Shown in pieces: positions 10,641-24,760 of a stretch of DNA of 64,000 bases. A program made the position numbers and the translations under genes. Numbering within the stretch: position 1 is the stretch's first letter; every line of letters starts with the position of its first letter. Under the pieces are notes generated by a model. It ran no database searches. It worked only from the letters and a program-made list of their open reading frames with translations, and had not been told where the DNA came from. The DNA comes from Octopus bimaculoides (taxonomy: Eukaryota): contig NC_068981.1 in assembly GCF_001194135.2 (NCBI RefSeq), forward strand, positions 155,007,043-155,071,042. The letters run 5' to 3'.

Positions 10641-13600
10641 AATTTTGTTCCTCAGATGTGACATAAAAGAGAAAAAGAAAACCCTTACCATAAGAATTTC
10701 TTCTCTGTTTTTATCACTTATAGATCCATTTACATCTAGGAAACATAGATGTGAATGTGAATGGAATGAAGCCCAGTACTTAACTGATATTTTACTTTAT
10801 TGATCCTGCTAGGATGAAAGGCAAAGTTAAAAGTGACATGATTTCATTTTAGAGTTTAAAGTGTCATACCTAAATACTATACCTATGTAGTAGAGCTTTT
10901 GCTGAATTCTGAACCATTGTTCTTAGATTTTTCTAACTTAAGACTATATTATCACCATAAAAGGCATGCCTATGTGAATATGGCTTGACTAATCAGCATT
11001 GGCTGACTTGTCATGGTTGCCATGTCAAACCTCAAAGTATGTATGTGGGTTTTCCTACCAAATAGCTTGATAAAAGGTTCTGGAAAAATTGGTTTATGGT
11101 TATAAAAAGCTGGTTAAATTCAACCTCAGACTAGATCCACTCAGCATTCCACATGAAACTATACCACTTTACTCAGTGAGTTGGTCTCTTGCTTTCTTTT
11201 ACATTTCCGTTTTAACACGCTTATGTATTACTTATATGCTCAGATTTTAACTTCTTCAACTGATTTCATCTTCAATAACTAAGAACTAATTTCGTATTAC
11301 CTAGTACATAAGTTGTACTACAGAAGGTTCCACTTGTTCTAATAAATCATTTATATATATGCAAATAAAAATAAATAGTGCAGGTTAAATAAAATATATG
11401 AAAACACAAATAAATATTAGTGGGGTTGTAGTGGGGCTTAGATTTTGAAACCACATTTGCTCAGTAACGAGAAATAGGCCACAGTATATCAAGTGATTTG
11501 GCCTAATTATTAGCCAATAGTATTTCGACTCTAATTGTTTGTATAATTTCCAACAGAAATTTTCATGAGTTTCTCACTGAAACAGGTATAAATTAAAATG
11601 CATGCCACAATCTGAGAGGCAACAGAGAAGGTAAGTTTCTTGGTCGTTGCCTGTTTTAAAGGAATTGTTTGTCTACAATGGACACAGAATTTTTCTGCTT
11701 CTCACATGACAATATAACTAGCTTTCCTAGCTAACATGTAGTCATATCTTCTATAACAATAAATGTGAAATTCTGTTTATCTAGGACCCCTGTATCTCAG
11801 TCTACATTTGCTCTAGATAGACATATTATACCTTTTTGGAATCAGGATGTCCTTCACTTGCCCTTCATTTGGTTCTTGAACATCCAGCATTGGGATCTGA
11901 TTTAAAAGCATTTAGGTTGCTATTTCTTGCAAGTAAAGCTTGACTGATTCACACCATCTTGATTGGTGTTTGTCAGATGATGTTAGAGATTAATGGGGAG
12001 ATTAATGACATTAGCTTCACTAATTTTACGTCGAGATAAGAACTCTGGGATAAATTGGTCAACAGTTGGAATTCAAATTGGGACTGAAACATTAGAATAA
12101 TTGCATTACAGAATTAATTCTCATCTCTCCTTAACCTGCAGTCAAACACCACCAGGGCACAATGATTATAGTCATGCTATTTAATTCTCCTTAATTTTGG
12201 GCCACAAGCCCAATTAGCCCTCCACAGGAGCTAGCTTAAAAGTCTGCATGGAGTGCGACTTTTAAGCTAGTTAGTAATAAATGCTTATCTAGACACTTCT
12301 GGCATGCAGTTTACACCTGGCAAAAACTTCTGTATGCTTTAATTAAGTAAATGCTTTTGTTGAGAATATTGAATGAACTTAATTTTAATTTGGGTGACAG
12401 CAAAAAGCCAAAATCAGTCTTACCAATTATTGAACACCTATTTAATCAAGTTTCTGCAAGGTCATTATTGCCTTCACACACAGATTACCCAACATTGTGA
12501 CCTACCAACAAAGAATAAATGACTTAAAAATTCCAAATTAGGAACGTTTTGTCTGATGCTCTAACAATTCTGCCATTGTTAAACAGAGGCGTTGCTTTGA
12601 AAGCGTATTGTACTAAAAGATTACATATGTAAGCCCCCACTCTGTATGTATTTATTGGCATTATTTCTATGTATTTAGTATGCAGAAAACTATTCTAAAG
12701 TATTTTCCCTCAGTTGATACTGATAATTGATGTGTATACATTGCCTCTGTTTCTTTTTAAATCTATCAATTCATTGTCATAACAATTGAGAATATGCTCT
12801 GCTGAGGAGATTTTAATAACATAGAAACAGGTTTATTGCTTTCACTTTTAAAGAAGTGATCCACATTTAATCGCAATGCCTTTTACTTTTTTGAAAATTT
12901 CAATTAACTGTTATTATTTGAGTTATGTGGTTACTTTTTGATCTTAAAAACCTATTGAAGTAGTTTTTATTTACTAATTGCTTTGGTAATTCCGTTTAAT
13001 CGAAGTTTTACAATCGCTATACTACATTTCTGAAATCCTGCTATTATATGCCTCTAGTAGCAGAACGCTTCCTTGATTTTACCCCAGCCCTATTATATAT
13101 TTATCCCTTTCATAAAGACATCACAGTTGAGAAAATTAATTCCGATATATTGACCGAACCAATATTGAACGTACCTTACACTCCTAATGTTTATTAAACG
13201 GTATTATGTTTAAAAGTCTATGATGAGAAATAACCTTTCCTTTAGTGTTATATCTTTTTTTAATATGGCGGGGTGAGGGTGGGATATCATCTCCATTTTT
13301 GTCTCATTTATTAAGGAAAATGATGAATACAACTGATCAGACCTATTGAACGAATAGAATTCTTTAAATAGATTAATGTCCTGATAAAATAGGTGAGTAC
13401 GGATGTTTGGGGCATAAGAAAAGCCTTTCTCGAAATATCAGAACCACCCACCTTCTTTACGGCACATGAACTCATTTTACAGATTTTAACTGCTTTGTGA
13501 TATATATATTATATATATATATCGTGTATCTGCAGATCATCACTAGTTTTTCTTAGATTCTATATTCTTTTCCTTTTACTATCCAACGAATAATGAAGGC

Positions 13601-15974
13601 ATTCCTCACCACCACCACATCAGTAATCAAAGTAATAGTGCCGACTGTCTGATGTTATGATTGTGGTGATGAAGATGCCGTCAAAGCCAGGAATCCGTGT
13701 CGGTTAACGATAAATATCTTAAACAACTATTATATATACCATATATAATTTTATTGAAATGCACGTACATAATAGCATATTCGCAAAAACCAGAGATTGT
13801 TAGTCCCCGGTTAGTTCTCACTGAGCAAACCTACAACGATCAAAGGTATTCCAGCCATGGCCATCTCGTCTTTCTCTTGGGCAATACTTTTATAGGTTTA
13901 CAATATGTCCCTCCCTTTTCGAGACAACAACACGTAATTTACTGAAAAATGTAGCTGCTATTTCTAGCTGATCGAGTTTCTTTGGTGAAGTTCGGAGAAA
14001 CTTACCCAGAGTCGATAACATAATCAGTAGGGTCTCGCACCTGATTACCAGATGTAGGTGGGCTAGGAATGTAAGAGATAGAGTGGCTGCATTACATCTC
14101 GCAGCCGTCGACACAGTCGGAGTAGTCGTAGACAAATACACTTCCTTGAATTCTACTGATGACAGCGGCGATGACAAAAAGAGGTCCTTTATACGAGGAA
14201 AAATTATCCTCTCATTCTAGCATAGTTTATTTACAAACAGCAAAAACAAACTAAAACAGAATGTGCATCTTCAAACACATTGTCTGATGTTTTGTTTTGT
14301 TTGTTTTCTTCCTCGTTGTTAAGAAGAAAAAAATGATCAAAACAAAACAAAACACCGAGTTCATTTCACTCAAAATGTAAATTGAGATCTAAATTTTATT
14401 ATTAATAGGAGTATTTAATGTAGCAGATATATCTGAAATGTGTTTTAGTAATAAATAAATGAACAGATATACAAAATGGTAACTTGAACGAAATAAAAAC
14501 AAAAATGGCATGTTAAGTAATATACTCGGTAATGAGAAAATACTGAAAATTTATTAAGAATTTTTATGCTCAAGATATTCAATGAATATCAACAGTATTA
14601 TTTATGATAAAATTGATTATAATTATTATTAGGAAAACTATTTCTCCAGTTGTATTCTTACATTATACTTTAGTCCATCATTCTATTGAAATCACAAGTT
14701 AGCTCCCTTGGACACCGTTATTGAACGAGTTAAAGGAAATCGCCATCTTGCTGTCAACTTTAAGTAAATGGTTTCATTGCAATCGTCGACTTGCATTGTG
14801 ATTTGAAGTGAGTATCCGAAATAACGCAATTTTCTAAAATATTTACTCTATTCCAAACTAACTCTTATGTACATATATGTATGTTTATACTTTGTATTGT
14901 ACAGCAGAGAAGAGTTTTACTGTATAATACAGGACGGCGATACTAAAAGTGATTTATGAAAAGCATTTTAATCCGAACTTCGAACAATAGTTTCATTAAT
15001 ATTTTATATATATATATGTATATATATACATACACCATGCATTGTATTTGTTAGACAGTTTGCATTTGTCATCAAAATACACGAGTAAAAAGAAAACGGA
15101 CAGATGTAGGGATCATAACAACGTCTTTCTAAATAAATACTTTTAATAAATTAAGGAAGCGATGTGAAATTTGTTCAATTTTATTAACTCTTTTTGTTTC
15201 TTTTTTAACTTTGGTTCTGATGACAGTTGTTATTTCAACGTCTGGTTTAATGTTAGAGTTAAATATAAAAGTCTTATATTTATACTCGAGAATTGGCGTT
15301 ACATAAACTGTAACAACATCTTCCCCCTAACACAATATTTTATTTATCCTGACAGATTATCGAAAGCTTTTACACGTGGGTTTATGTCTGGATAAATAAT
15401 AGTTGCTGTTTTCTGTATGCTTGTGTTTAACAATTCGATGAAATCTTTATTTTGTTTAAAGTATTATGATTATCGTTAGGGCTATTTGCCTAAACGAAAT
15501 CACCACCAAAACACTTAGTATTTAGTATGTCATTTGAAGATGACATGCGTAAAAATAATGCCGACTCTGTTGACTTGTACAGGCAAAATGGCCGGCGAGT
15601 TTCTGGATAGAATTGCGTTTTGGTTTAACAAGCAAGCTAAGATGTTTTAGTTAATGTTTATGTCGGCACACATAGTGTTCACGATAGTCAGCAAACTAAC
15701 TACCTCTGAGTGTGAGTTTTGATGTCATTTACACTGGAACATATTGCGAAATTTGTCTGTTAAACATCATAATAATAGAAATTAGCTAAGTTTTTGTAAG
15801 TCGTATGAAGCCTGGTAGAAACTTCAACTGAAACATTAAAATTTATACTACTGCTTCACGACAAATGAAGAACCTAATGAAATTTTGCCGACTTTATTCA
15901 CAGATTTTTACCTTCGCTTATCACTAGCTTACCTTCGGATTCTGTACTTTTCTATTCGCTATAATGATTATGAT

Positions 15975-16850
15975 AATTATTCTTCTAATTTTGGCAATAA
16001 GGCTTGCATTTTGTTTTTAAAGAGGAGTTAGACTAGTACCGAAAGATCACCGTTAGTCGATTACATTCGACCTCAGTACTCAGCTGGTATTTATTTTATC
16101 GATGCCTGAAGGATGATAAATGGTCAAGTCGGCCTCGGTTGAATTTGTACACAACGTAAAAAGCCAGAAGAAAATGCAGCTAAGCATTTTGCCCAACGCA
16201 CTATCCTGCTTACTGACTATATTTGATAATTCTTTCTAATTTTGGCACAAGGCCAGCAATTTTGAGGGGAGAGGGTATGTCGATATATCGACTCCAAAAG
16301 AATGTATGGCACAGTTGACCTCGGCGGGATTTCAACTCAGATGACAAAGAGCCGGAACAAATGTCACTAAGCATTTTGTCAGCTCGCCACCTTTATAATA
16401 ACAATCCTTTCTACTACAGGCACAAGGCCTGAAATTTTGAGGGGAGGAGTTACTTGATTACATTGACCGAGTGTTCAGTTGGTACTTATTTTATCAACCA
16501 CAAAAGGATGAAAGACAAGGTCGAACTAAGAACGTAAAGAGGGAAGAAATGTCGTTAAGTATTTAATTCGGTGTGCTAACGGTTGACAACAATAGGGAGA
16601 GGGGGTAAATCGATTACATTGACCCCTAAAGGATGAAAGGCAAAGTCGAACTCGGTGGTACCTGAACTCAAAACGTAAAGTCAGACGAAATGCCACTGAG
16701 CTCTTGGCCCCTGCAATTTTAGCGGAGGGGATTAGTCGAAAATACCGATTCCAGTACTTGTACTTTATTCAATCAACCCCGAAAGGATGAGCATCGGCGG
16801 GATTTGAATGCGGAACAATAAAAAGCCAAAACAAATGCAACAAGGAATTT
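15975..16850 (-). mobile_element. Five tandem decayed copies of a Nin/Deu-domain-like SINE
   Basis: Repeated aaggatgaaaggcaaagtcga-ctcgg...gaactca...cgtaaag core; its reverse complement matches 28320-28540. Confidence 0.75.
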
Positions 16851-17657
16851 TTTTTTGTACCGACAAAAAGCGTGTTACATAAGATGTGTGTGTGTGTGTG
16901 TGTGACGTCGAATGTATTGAATGTTCATAGTGTACAAATAAAGAAGTCTTTTTGAAACAGAAGCCTCAAACTAGGGATTGACCACAAGTGCCTGAGACAT
17001 CGGGGACATTATGATTACGAAATTAAAACAAGATTTACAAGTAAAAGGATGAGATTAATAACTACAAACATTCATAAATATATAATAAAATAGTAATAAT
17101 TTCTTTTATTTGCCACAAGGGGAACAGATGATGGGAACGTTACAAAGTACAAACAAAAACATTTACGCAGAATCAATTATGAAATAATATTTATGTAATT
17201 CCTTTGTTTGATAAGGAATTACTGATTTATGTAGTTTCGCATTCATACTAGCACGTGTTATAAACACTTTCGCTAATGTAAACATCGGCTACTAGTTAAC
17301 TCTCAAGTACCCACTATACTAAACTCTAAGAGAAATTAGTTTTACACACACACACAAAAAAAAAAGAAAATTGTTTCAAAGTGAAAATAATAGTACTTCT
17401 TCCGAGTACAGTTTGTGAATTCTATTATCCAGGATAGGTTACAGAAGTGTTTAAATTTATAGTTGTATTAATTTGTGGTGATAAGATGTTTGGGAACATT
17501 TTTTTTTTCAAGTTTGAAAATAAAAATGATACAACAGTGTAAAATTGTTTTGTTGAATTTAAGAAACCTCCTCCCCGTTTTATTTTTTCACCGATAAAAT
17601 TTGGTTTTTAATATATTTTAATTTAAATCATTTTATTATATATATATATATATATAT

Positions 17658-17788
17658 NNNNNNNNNNNNNNNNNNNNNNNNNNNNNNNNNNNNNNNNNNN
17701 NNNNNNNNNNNNNNNNNNNNNNNNNNNNNNNNNNNNNNNNNNNNNNNNNNNNNNNNNNNNNNNNNNNNNNNNNNNNNNNNNNNNNNNN
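17658..17788. other. Assembly gap in (TA)n; other gaps at 3315-3324, 28129-28138, 51482-51632
   Basis: N runs. Confidence 1.
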
Positions 17789-18059
17789 TATACCCACTAT
17801 ATATATATAGTGATTTTCAACCTACTGACTTGGAAATATTGTTTATCGTGTTTTGTAAAATAAAGCTATAGACAATAAACTTCTCTATGTCAGTTTGAGT
17901 AAATTGTAAAAGTCATGTGAGAATATTATCGAAAGTACCTTATTTCTTTTCCTTTTCCCGCTAATCTTAACTGACAACTGCAGTTTAGCGAGCGATGTTT
18001 GGCCTGTATGTTTTGCTGGCACTCTTTTTCAATTTATTACTCAATTGATTATTGATACT

Positions 18060-18380
18060 TCATGTGCGGGTGAATTTGCTTCTACTGCATACAGTAGTGC
18101 TGCATTCTTTTGTCAGTATGTTTGCGTGAGTGTTCAGTAATGAGTTTACTGCGCCCACCGTTGTAGAGGTTTGTGTACTCTGCTTACGTTGTATCAATCG
18201 TCATCTTTCCTCCTGCTGCCGTCACTGCAGCTACAAATGCATTTCTGCTCAGTCCGAGTCTGACTCTGGTGTCGCCCTCTCGCTGTGCGATATCGTTATT
18301 GTATACGGATTTAGTATCACCGCCTCATTCAGCCTCTTTAACTTTGTTTTTGTACTGGGACTTGTTTAATTTAGCCAAAG
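18060..18380 (+). other. DHX9: Candidate non-coding 5'-UTR exon of DHX9 (start uncertain)
   Basis: CpG-rich segment ending AAG|GTAAAC at 18380/18381; DHX9 ATG lies 5 nt after an acceptor, so an upstream exon is required. Confidence 0.4.
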
Positions 18381-19331
18381 GTAAACAAATCGTCTAAGTG
18401 GCCAGCCTCGACAGCCGTTTTCTTTTTTTTTTTTTTTTTTTTTCCACCAAGGGGAAACCACGGAAAACTAAAGGTATGCAACAACCATTCTTGGATGAGT
18501 CTCAAATGGTATTGCTTCGGAAAGAATGAAAACATGTACTTTTGATCGGAGTTGTCTGAGTCACTCTTTCTCAATCTACTCCTCTGTCTCTTCGTATGTG
18601 TTGTGTGTATGTATTTTGGAAACAAAATGTGATTAATTTACTAACCTCAACATTTAGGGGTTTCCCATTTCTCAAACTGTAATAATTGCATACATTAGAC
18701 GCACACCCACTGAATTTCATGTTGATTCTATTTTTCTATTGTATTTATATGATGTAAACTTTGACTACTACAACACTGTTTTATATATTTATATAATTTC
18801 GCGATTTCTGGCGTATATTCCCTCTATAATCATAGCTCCTTTCTCAGTTTGTTTTTGAAAACCACCACTGTTCACAGTAACATTTTTGTCATTGTGATCG
18901 GATTTAAAATTTCTTGAACACTTAAAAAAAAAAATGTTAAAAATACTACAGTTTCGTAAAGAATTTACTGAATTTTATCACAGAAGAGAAATCTTACCAT
19001 CATTTTCAGAAAACAAGTTGTATGTCATGTAAGGGGTATTTCCGCCTACTGACGATTCCAATTGTGGGAAATCCCACATTTGGATTCTATTAATTGCAAT
19101 TAATTGCTCGTGATGGTAATGGTGATTTAGTTGCTACTTTTTCGTGTATAATTTCTAAGGTCTTCAAATTTCATTTTAAATTTCCACATTGTTATTTTCC
19201 CGGCACGTTTGTTTACTGCGTACAAGCAATTTACTAATGTCGTTTGTTGGTTTTCTGTCTATATTGTATAACCCCAAGAGAAGAAAGTGTTTTTTTCTAA
19301 TGCTTTGTATTGTTTCCTATTTTTTATATAC

Positions 19332-19366
<35 letters not shown>

Positions 19367-22300
19367 CCATCATGACCCATTTAAATTACTATTTCGTCTA
19401 TGAAATGTGTATTCTATTACAAATTATAACCATGGATAAAAGCTTACATTTTGAAGATAGTCATTTCATTTATTTGTTTATATGTTCCCTTTCTACTTCA
19501 TACCCTTGAATTTTATGATAGTGTAGAGCAGCACTGTGTGTGTACCATTATGGCAATAAACGATATCTAAATGTAATTTCTCAAAGCTCTCGCATATCCA
19601 GCTTCATATATTTTTGTCACTTGATTCCACAATCACTATTCTTTGATTATAGTGATTATCGTATAGTAATAAACTCTAGGATAGGAGCTTATGAAGTTTT
19701 GTTGAGTTTGGTACTGGGTTTTAGAATTTTTTTTTTTTTTTTTTTTGAAGTTCTAGATGTTGATTAATATATTTTGATTAAATTTAATTCATGCTTAAAA
19801 TAACTGGAAATTATTGGTTATTCTAGAAGATTATTTTTATTAGTAAATGCTAAAAGTTGAAAATAATAATTTTATGTTTTACTATAGAACAGGTGAATTT
19901 TACCCGTTGAATGTTGGTAGAAAATGCTCTTTCATAAGAGGCGATGGTCCACTGTTAGAAAATAAATCTATGCTAAGATTTGATTACACTAGCTGTTTTT
20001 GATTAATTAATATAGAAGCACCTTCTCTGACCACTTACTGACTGCTACACTTCACTGAACAGAGCATAATAATACTGTTTCTGAGAGGTAGCTATTGATC
20101 TTTTCTACAGAATCACTGGAAAGCGAGGAGGAGGAGGAAGTGTGAAGACATTTGTCTTCATGATGATTAATGTCCTGATTAAAGAATTGGGTTATTTTGA
20201 AAAGGGCTCAGGAGTATTTTATGAGAATTTGTTTCTTTATATGTCAGTACCAATAATTATTCTCTCGTCATTTGCTTTGAATACTTTGAATGCTAGCTAC
20301 TTCTCTTCTTTTCATAAGTTGTTCATTAATCACTTTGTTGCCTGACAGAAATTTTAGTAGTTACTCTTGAGATTTCCTTTCAGCAGCATTGTCTGATATT
20401 TTTCCATTTTATGTTTTTAACTGAATGATGAATCAGCTTCTATGAAACTTAATGTTTTTCAACAATTTTCTTTTATTTGTTTGATGTGGGTTTAACTGCA
20501 CGAGCTCTAATTGTTGATAATTTAATTATAATTTTTATTTCCATATAATGGTTTGTAGATATTTGAAATGTATATATATTCTGTAGTAAAACTGAAAGGT
20601 TTTTATTTTGTTTCTTGTCATTATATTATTGCTTAAAAGATAGATTAATATTGGATACCCTTGAAAAGTAGGATCTTGCTCAAGAATATAAGAATATATA
20701 CTTTCTAGAGAACTACTTTGATCAACATCCACTTTAATGATTCAGTGGTATGGTTCTGCTCCAATCAACACAACTTAAATTTACAGCTGCTAACTTAAAT
20801 TGAGCATGTTCTCCTGTTCTTTAAAAAAAAAAAAATGTAAAAAAAAAAATGAAGCCATTTCTTTTTCTTAGACTTTTTTTTTAAAGTTGCTTATTTATCC
20901 CACATAGGTGAGACAGGTGAATATTTCTTTGCAGTAGTAAGTTGGGTATAGATTAGGAAAAAAATCATTTGACTTGAATAATATTGGATGAAATACATTA
21001 TTTTAGGTAGTTATGGCTAATCTTCATTAAGTAATTATTTGAAGAGACAATGTTTGAAACATTTGTTATAATTTGGATGATGTTATGAAAGATTTCTCTC
21101 ATTTTTATTTGGCAATAACTAATCTGAAAGCAAGATATCTTGTTTATTAATTAGTATTATTTAAAATCGGTATTTAATCATTCAGATTTTCTTTTATTTC
21201 TCTTTGTTTCACATAACAAAAAAAATTACCGGCCTTCATTTTCATGCAAACAAAAGCAAGAATTATTCTCAATACAAATTCATTTTTAGTGTTATACGTG
21301 TTTCTAAATATTGCATTCTCTGTCTTGTTACTAATCTAGATAGAATCAAACTATTGCAGATTACAAGTAATATTAGTATTAACATTTAATTTAGACAAAC
21401 AAGAGTCTCTAATCAATTTGTAGCTTCTGTTACTAAGATATGAAATTATGACTAGAGAAATTATAGGGAATTAAAACAACTAGATTAATTATAATAGTAG
21501 ATAAATAGCTGATATCTGACTCAATGAAGAACATCATTGCAGTTATGTTTTGTGTTAAACTGATAAGTGATCAATGTGAGATGAGTTCATAACAAATAGC
21601 TTTCTTTTATTAATAGACATAGCTTTGATTAAAATCTTGTTTGGTGGCCTTGTTTACTATGTAAATAAGGGTGGTTGCTTCCTAAAACATGTTTATTAGT
21701 GGCACATTAATAAAGGTTAACAAGTTTTAGTTGTTTGTTTGTTATTGCTCAGTCCTCTGCTGTTTTTATTTTATTATAGTTTCTAAATTCTGACAACATT
21801 TAGTAGAAATTTTCAGAGCTGAGTGCTTTTGGAAACTCCCATGCAGATGATTAATTAACTTTATGGGAATTCCATGTTTTTAAAAAAAAATGTTGTTTAT
21901 AATTAATTTGTTAAACATTTTCCAGTATTAATGAGTGTAACTTTTCTCTGTAACCCAAACCCAACCTGTCCAACTCATGCCAGGATGAACAATGGACATT
22001 AAATGATGAGAATGTTAATATTAAATATTTGTTCAAACTGATATATTGGGCAATCTCTTATGCACTGAGTACTTTTAATAAATAATGAACCTTGTCCTAA
22101 ATTTTGAAGACTTGTGATATTCAATTTGAAATATAAAAGTGAAACATTTGAGGGCAATTAATTGATCAAGTCTTGATTAAATAAATATTAAGTGGGTACA
22201 CATTGATATCTTGTTTGAATCAGTAAACTCAGTATTTTTCTTGGAAAGCTGTTTACTTTTTTCACATCTATTTATCTATTTGCTTTCCCCTGTATTCATT

Positions 22301-23919
22301 AATTCTTTCTGCTATTACTTTTAAAAAGATTTACTTATGACTATTTTGCAATCAAAAACTTGAACCCTTATCTTTCAGAAATCCTCCTTTAATAATTAAT
22401 ATAAGATTTGATAGAATGCTTTACTATGTCTAATTTGGTACTTTACTGATCTTCATTCAAATCTGCTGTAATTGATGATCCTTTTTTGCCCCTCTGAGAG
22501 CTGGAAATGCAATTGATAATAACCTCCAAAACTAGTCTAATAAAAGAAAAATCAATATTTGGTCTTAAAAGAGACCAAACCTCACCTGATCAGGAGTGTT
22601 TAAAGTGTGTTTTAATTTTCTAGAATTTTGCAATTTTAATTCCCATTCCATTTTCATGTGTTGTAATAACAATTAAACCATATGAATTATTCATATTAGA
22701 CAGTAAAACAAATGTTCAGGTATAAATAATATGTACTGATTCAATAATTTTTCCATAGAATATTTATATCATCTTGATCAACGGTATTCAAATCTAAATA
22801 GCCATAACCATTCTGTGTGTGTGAGCAGAATAGCCTGGTGGATGGACTAGATGTTTTGCTTCAATTAGGTCATTTTCTATATTATTATTATACTTCACTT
22901 AACCGTTGAAAAATAGGTCTGATCTTGATACCTGTACCACTGATCATCCAAGATTAAGCAGTTGACTATTTCACCTTGCACATTAATTTCATAATGTATA
23001 ACCAATTTCATACAATTCCTATTTGACTTAAGTATAAAAAATTAAAGTAATTAGTATTTTATTTTTTCTAGAAATTCATAAGCTCTATTTGTAGGAATTT
23101 GTAAAAGGTGAATATGAAATACCTAGAGCATCATAAATTGAATTAAAAACTAAAATTTCAGTTTTAAGCAAGTAATTATTCAACATTTTATGGAAGTTGT
23201 TTTGGCGTTACATTATGGATTTAAAAGATAAAAATGAATCACCACCACAGATGTTGTGTTGTCTTTTAAATTTAATTTCTATCATCATTTACAGATTTGT
23301 TAGTCTCTTCTTTGTACTTACTTAAACTGTCCAAAGTAGCAATTAAATCTTTTATGGCAATGTCAATAGAATGCTTCATTAACTACACCTATGATATTGG
23401 TCTTTTCTGAATTGACTGGGGCTCCCTAGCAACATAGTTTGGTTTAGATGCAGTTTTTGATTTGAGTTTAATAAGTGAATTTCTACAAGAATACTTTGTG
23501 CAATTTTAGAGATGTAAAAGTAATATTGATTATTCAAAATTCAGATCTTGCTATCATCATTGAGATTGTTATTTTGTATAGTTGTCTAGAGCAAAGGTAC
23601 ACTTGTGTTATGGCTGCCATTATGAAATAACTATAGTATAGTGCAATATAAAAAACGGTAGGTGGTTGGAGATTTGACATTTTAGCATTGTTACTAGAAA
23701 ACATTTTCCACTTCCTTGATTTAGATATAGAGATAAACTGGATCAATAGATATGGCTTTGTATCCCTTTTGGACAAATAATCACTCAAAACTATTTGCCT
23801 TAGTTTATCTAACTGTAGTATTGAACCAGACCAAAAAAAAAAAGAGTTGTCCATCGTCTAATGTTGGCATTGTTATGTCATTTATGAAAGGATTAATTAT
23901 TGAACTTGTGAAGGCACAT

Positions 23920-24760
23920 GACTTAGTGGTTAGGCTATTCAGCTCACAATTGTAAGGTTGTTTGATTCCTGGCAGTACATTGAGTCCTTGAGGAAGATAC
24001 TTTATTTCATGTTGCTCCAGTCTACTCAGCTGGCAATAATGAGTTGTACCTGTAAGCCAAAGGGCCAGCTTTATCATATTCTGTGTCATACTGAATCTGT
24101 CTGAGAACTATGTTAAGTGTATGTGTGTTTGTGGAGTGCTCAGCCACTTGCATGTAAATTTCAATGGAGTAGGCTGCTCCATTGATCAGATCAAAAGTAA
24201 CTAATGGAGTTCAAAAAAGTTAATTATTAAACTTGCAAAATAGCTCTATTAAGTTCAATTCTTTAAAGCTCAGTCAGTCCACATTTGTTTCAGATCTAAT
24301 CCATATCTTAGGCAGTTATAGAAAAATGTTAAAATTTTGAAGAATTACAGTGGATAAAACTAAATTTCATTTAGCATGGCCTTGTGGTTAAGAAGTTCAT
24401 TTCACAACTACAAGGTTTCAAGTCTATTCCCATTGCATGGCACTGTGCAGATGTCTTCTACTTTCACTTCAGACTGATTAATACCTTGTGAATGACATTG
24501 GCAGATGGAAACTAGGAGGTGCAGTGTGTGTATTTGTACATGCAAGTGTTGATTTTTATAATGTGCAGTATAAAAACAATGCCATCACCTATGCAACTGT
24601 GTCTTTCCAATCTGCTGCAGACATATGCCTGGCCATTAAGCTGTTCATTATGCAACATATTCTGGGAAATAGTATCTTACTTGGAAACTAGTGAAGGTTG
24701 GTGACAGGAAGAGCCATCAAGCTGTAGAAAAGCTTCCTCAATAAGTCTCATGTAATTCAT
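23920..24760 (+). mobile_element. Two adjacent decayed SINEs
   Basis: ggcacatgacttagtggttagg... and gcatggccttgtggttaagaagttc... heads. Confidence 0.65.

Larger units (their letters stand above)
13400..19300. promoter_or_regulatory. CpG-retaining region, likely (bidirectional) promoter of DHX9
   Basis: CpG visibly more frequent than in flanks; YY1-like CGCCATCTT (14741) and CAAAATGGCCG (15584); donors pointing both ways; lies upstream of DHX9 coding exon 1. Confidence 0.6.

Noticed and set aside
13890-14177. 95-codon minus ORF with non-ATG start
   Set aside because: No recognisable homology and it runs through a consensus donor at 14005; more likely UTR plus intron.
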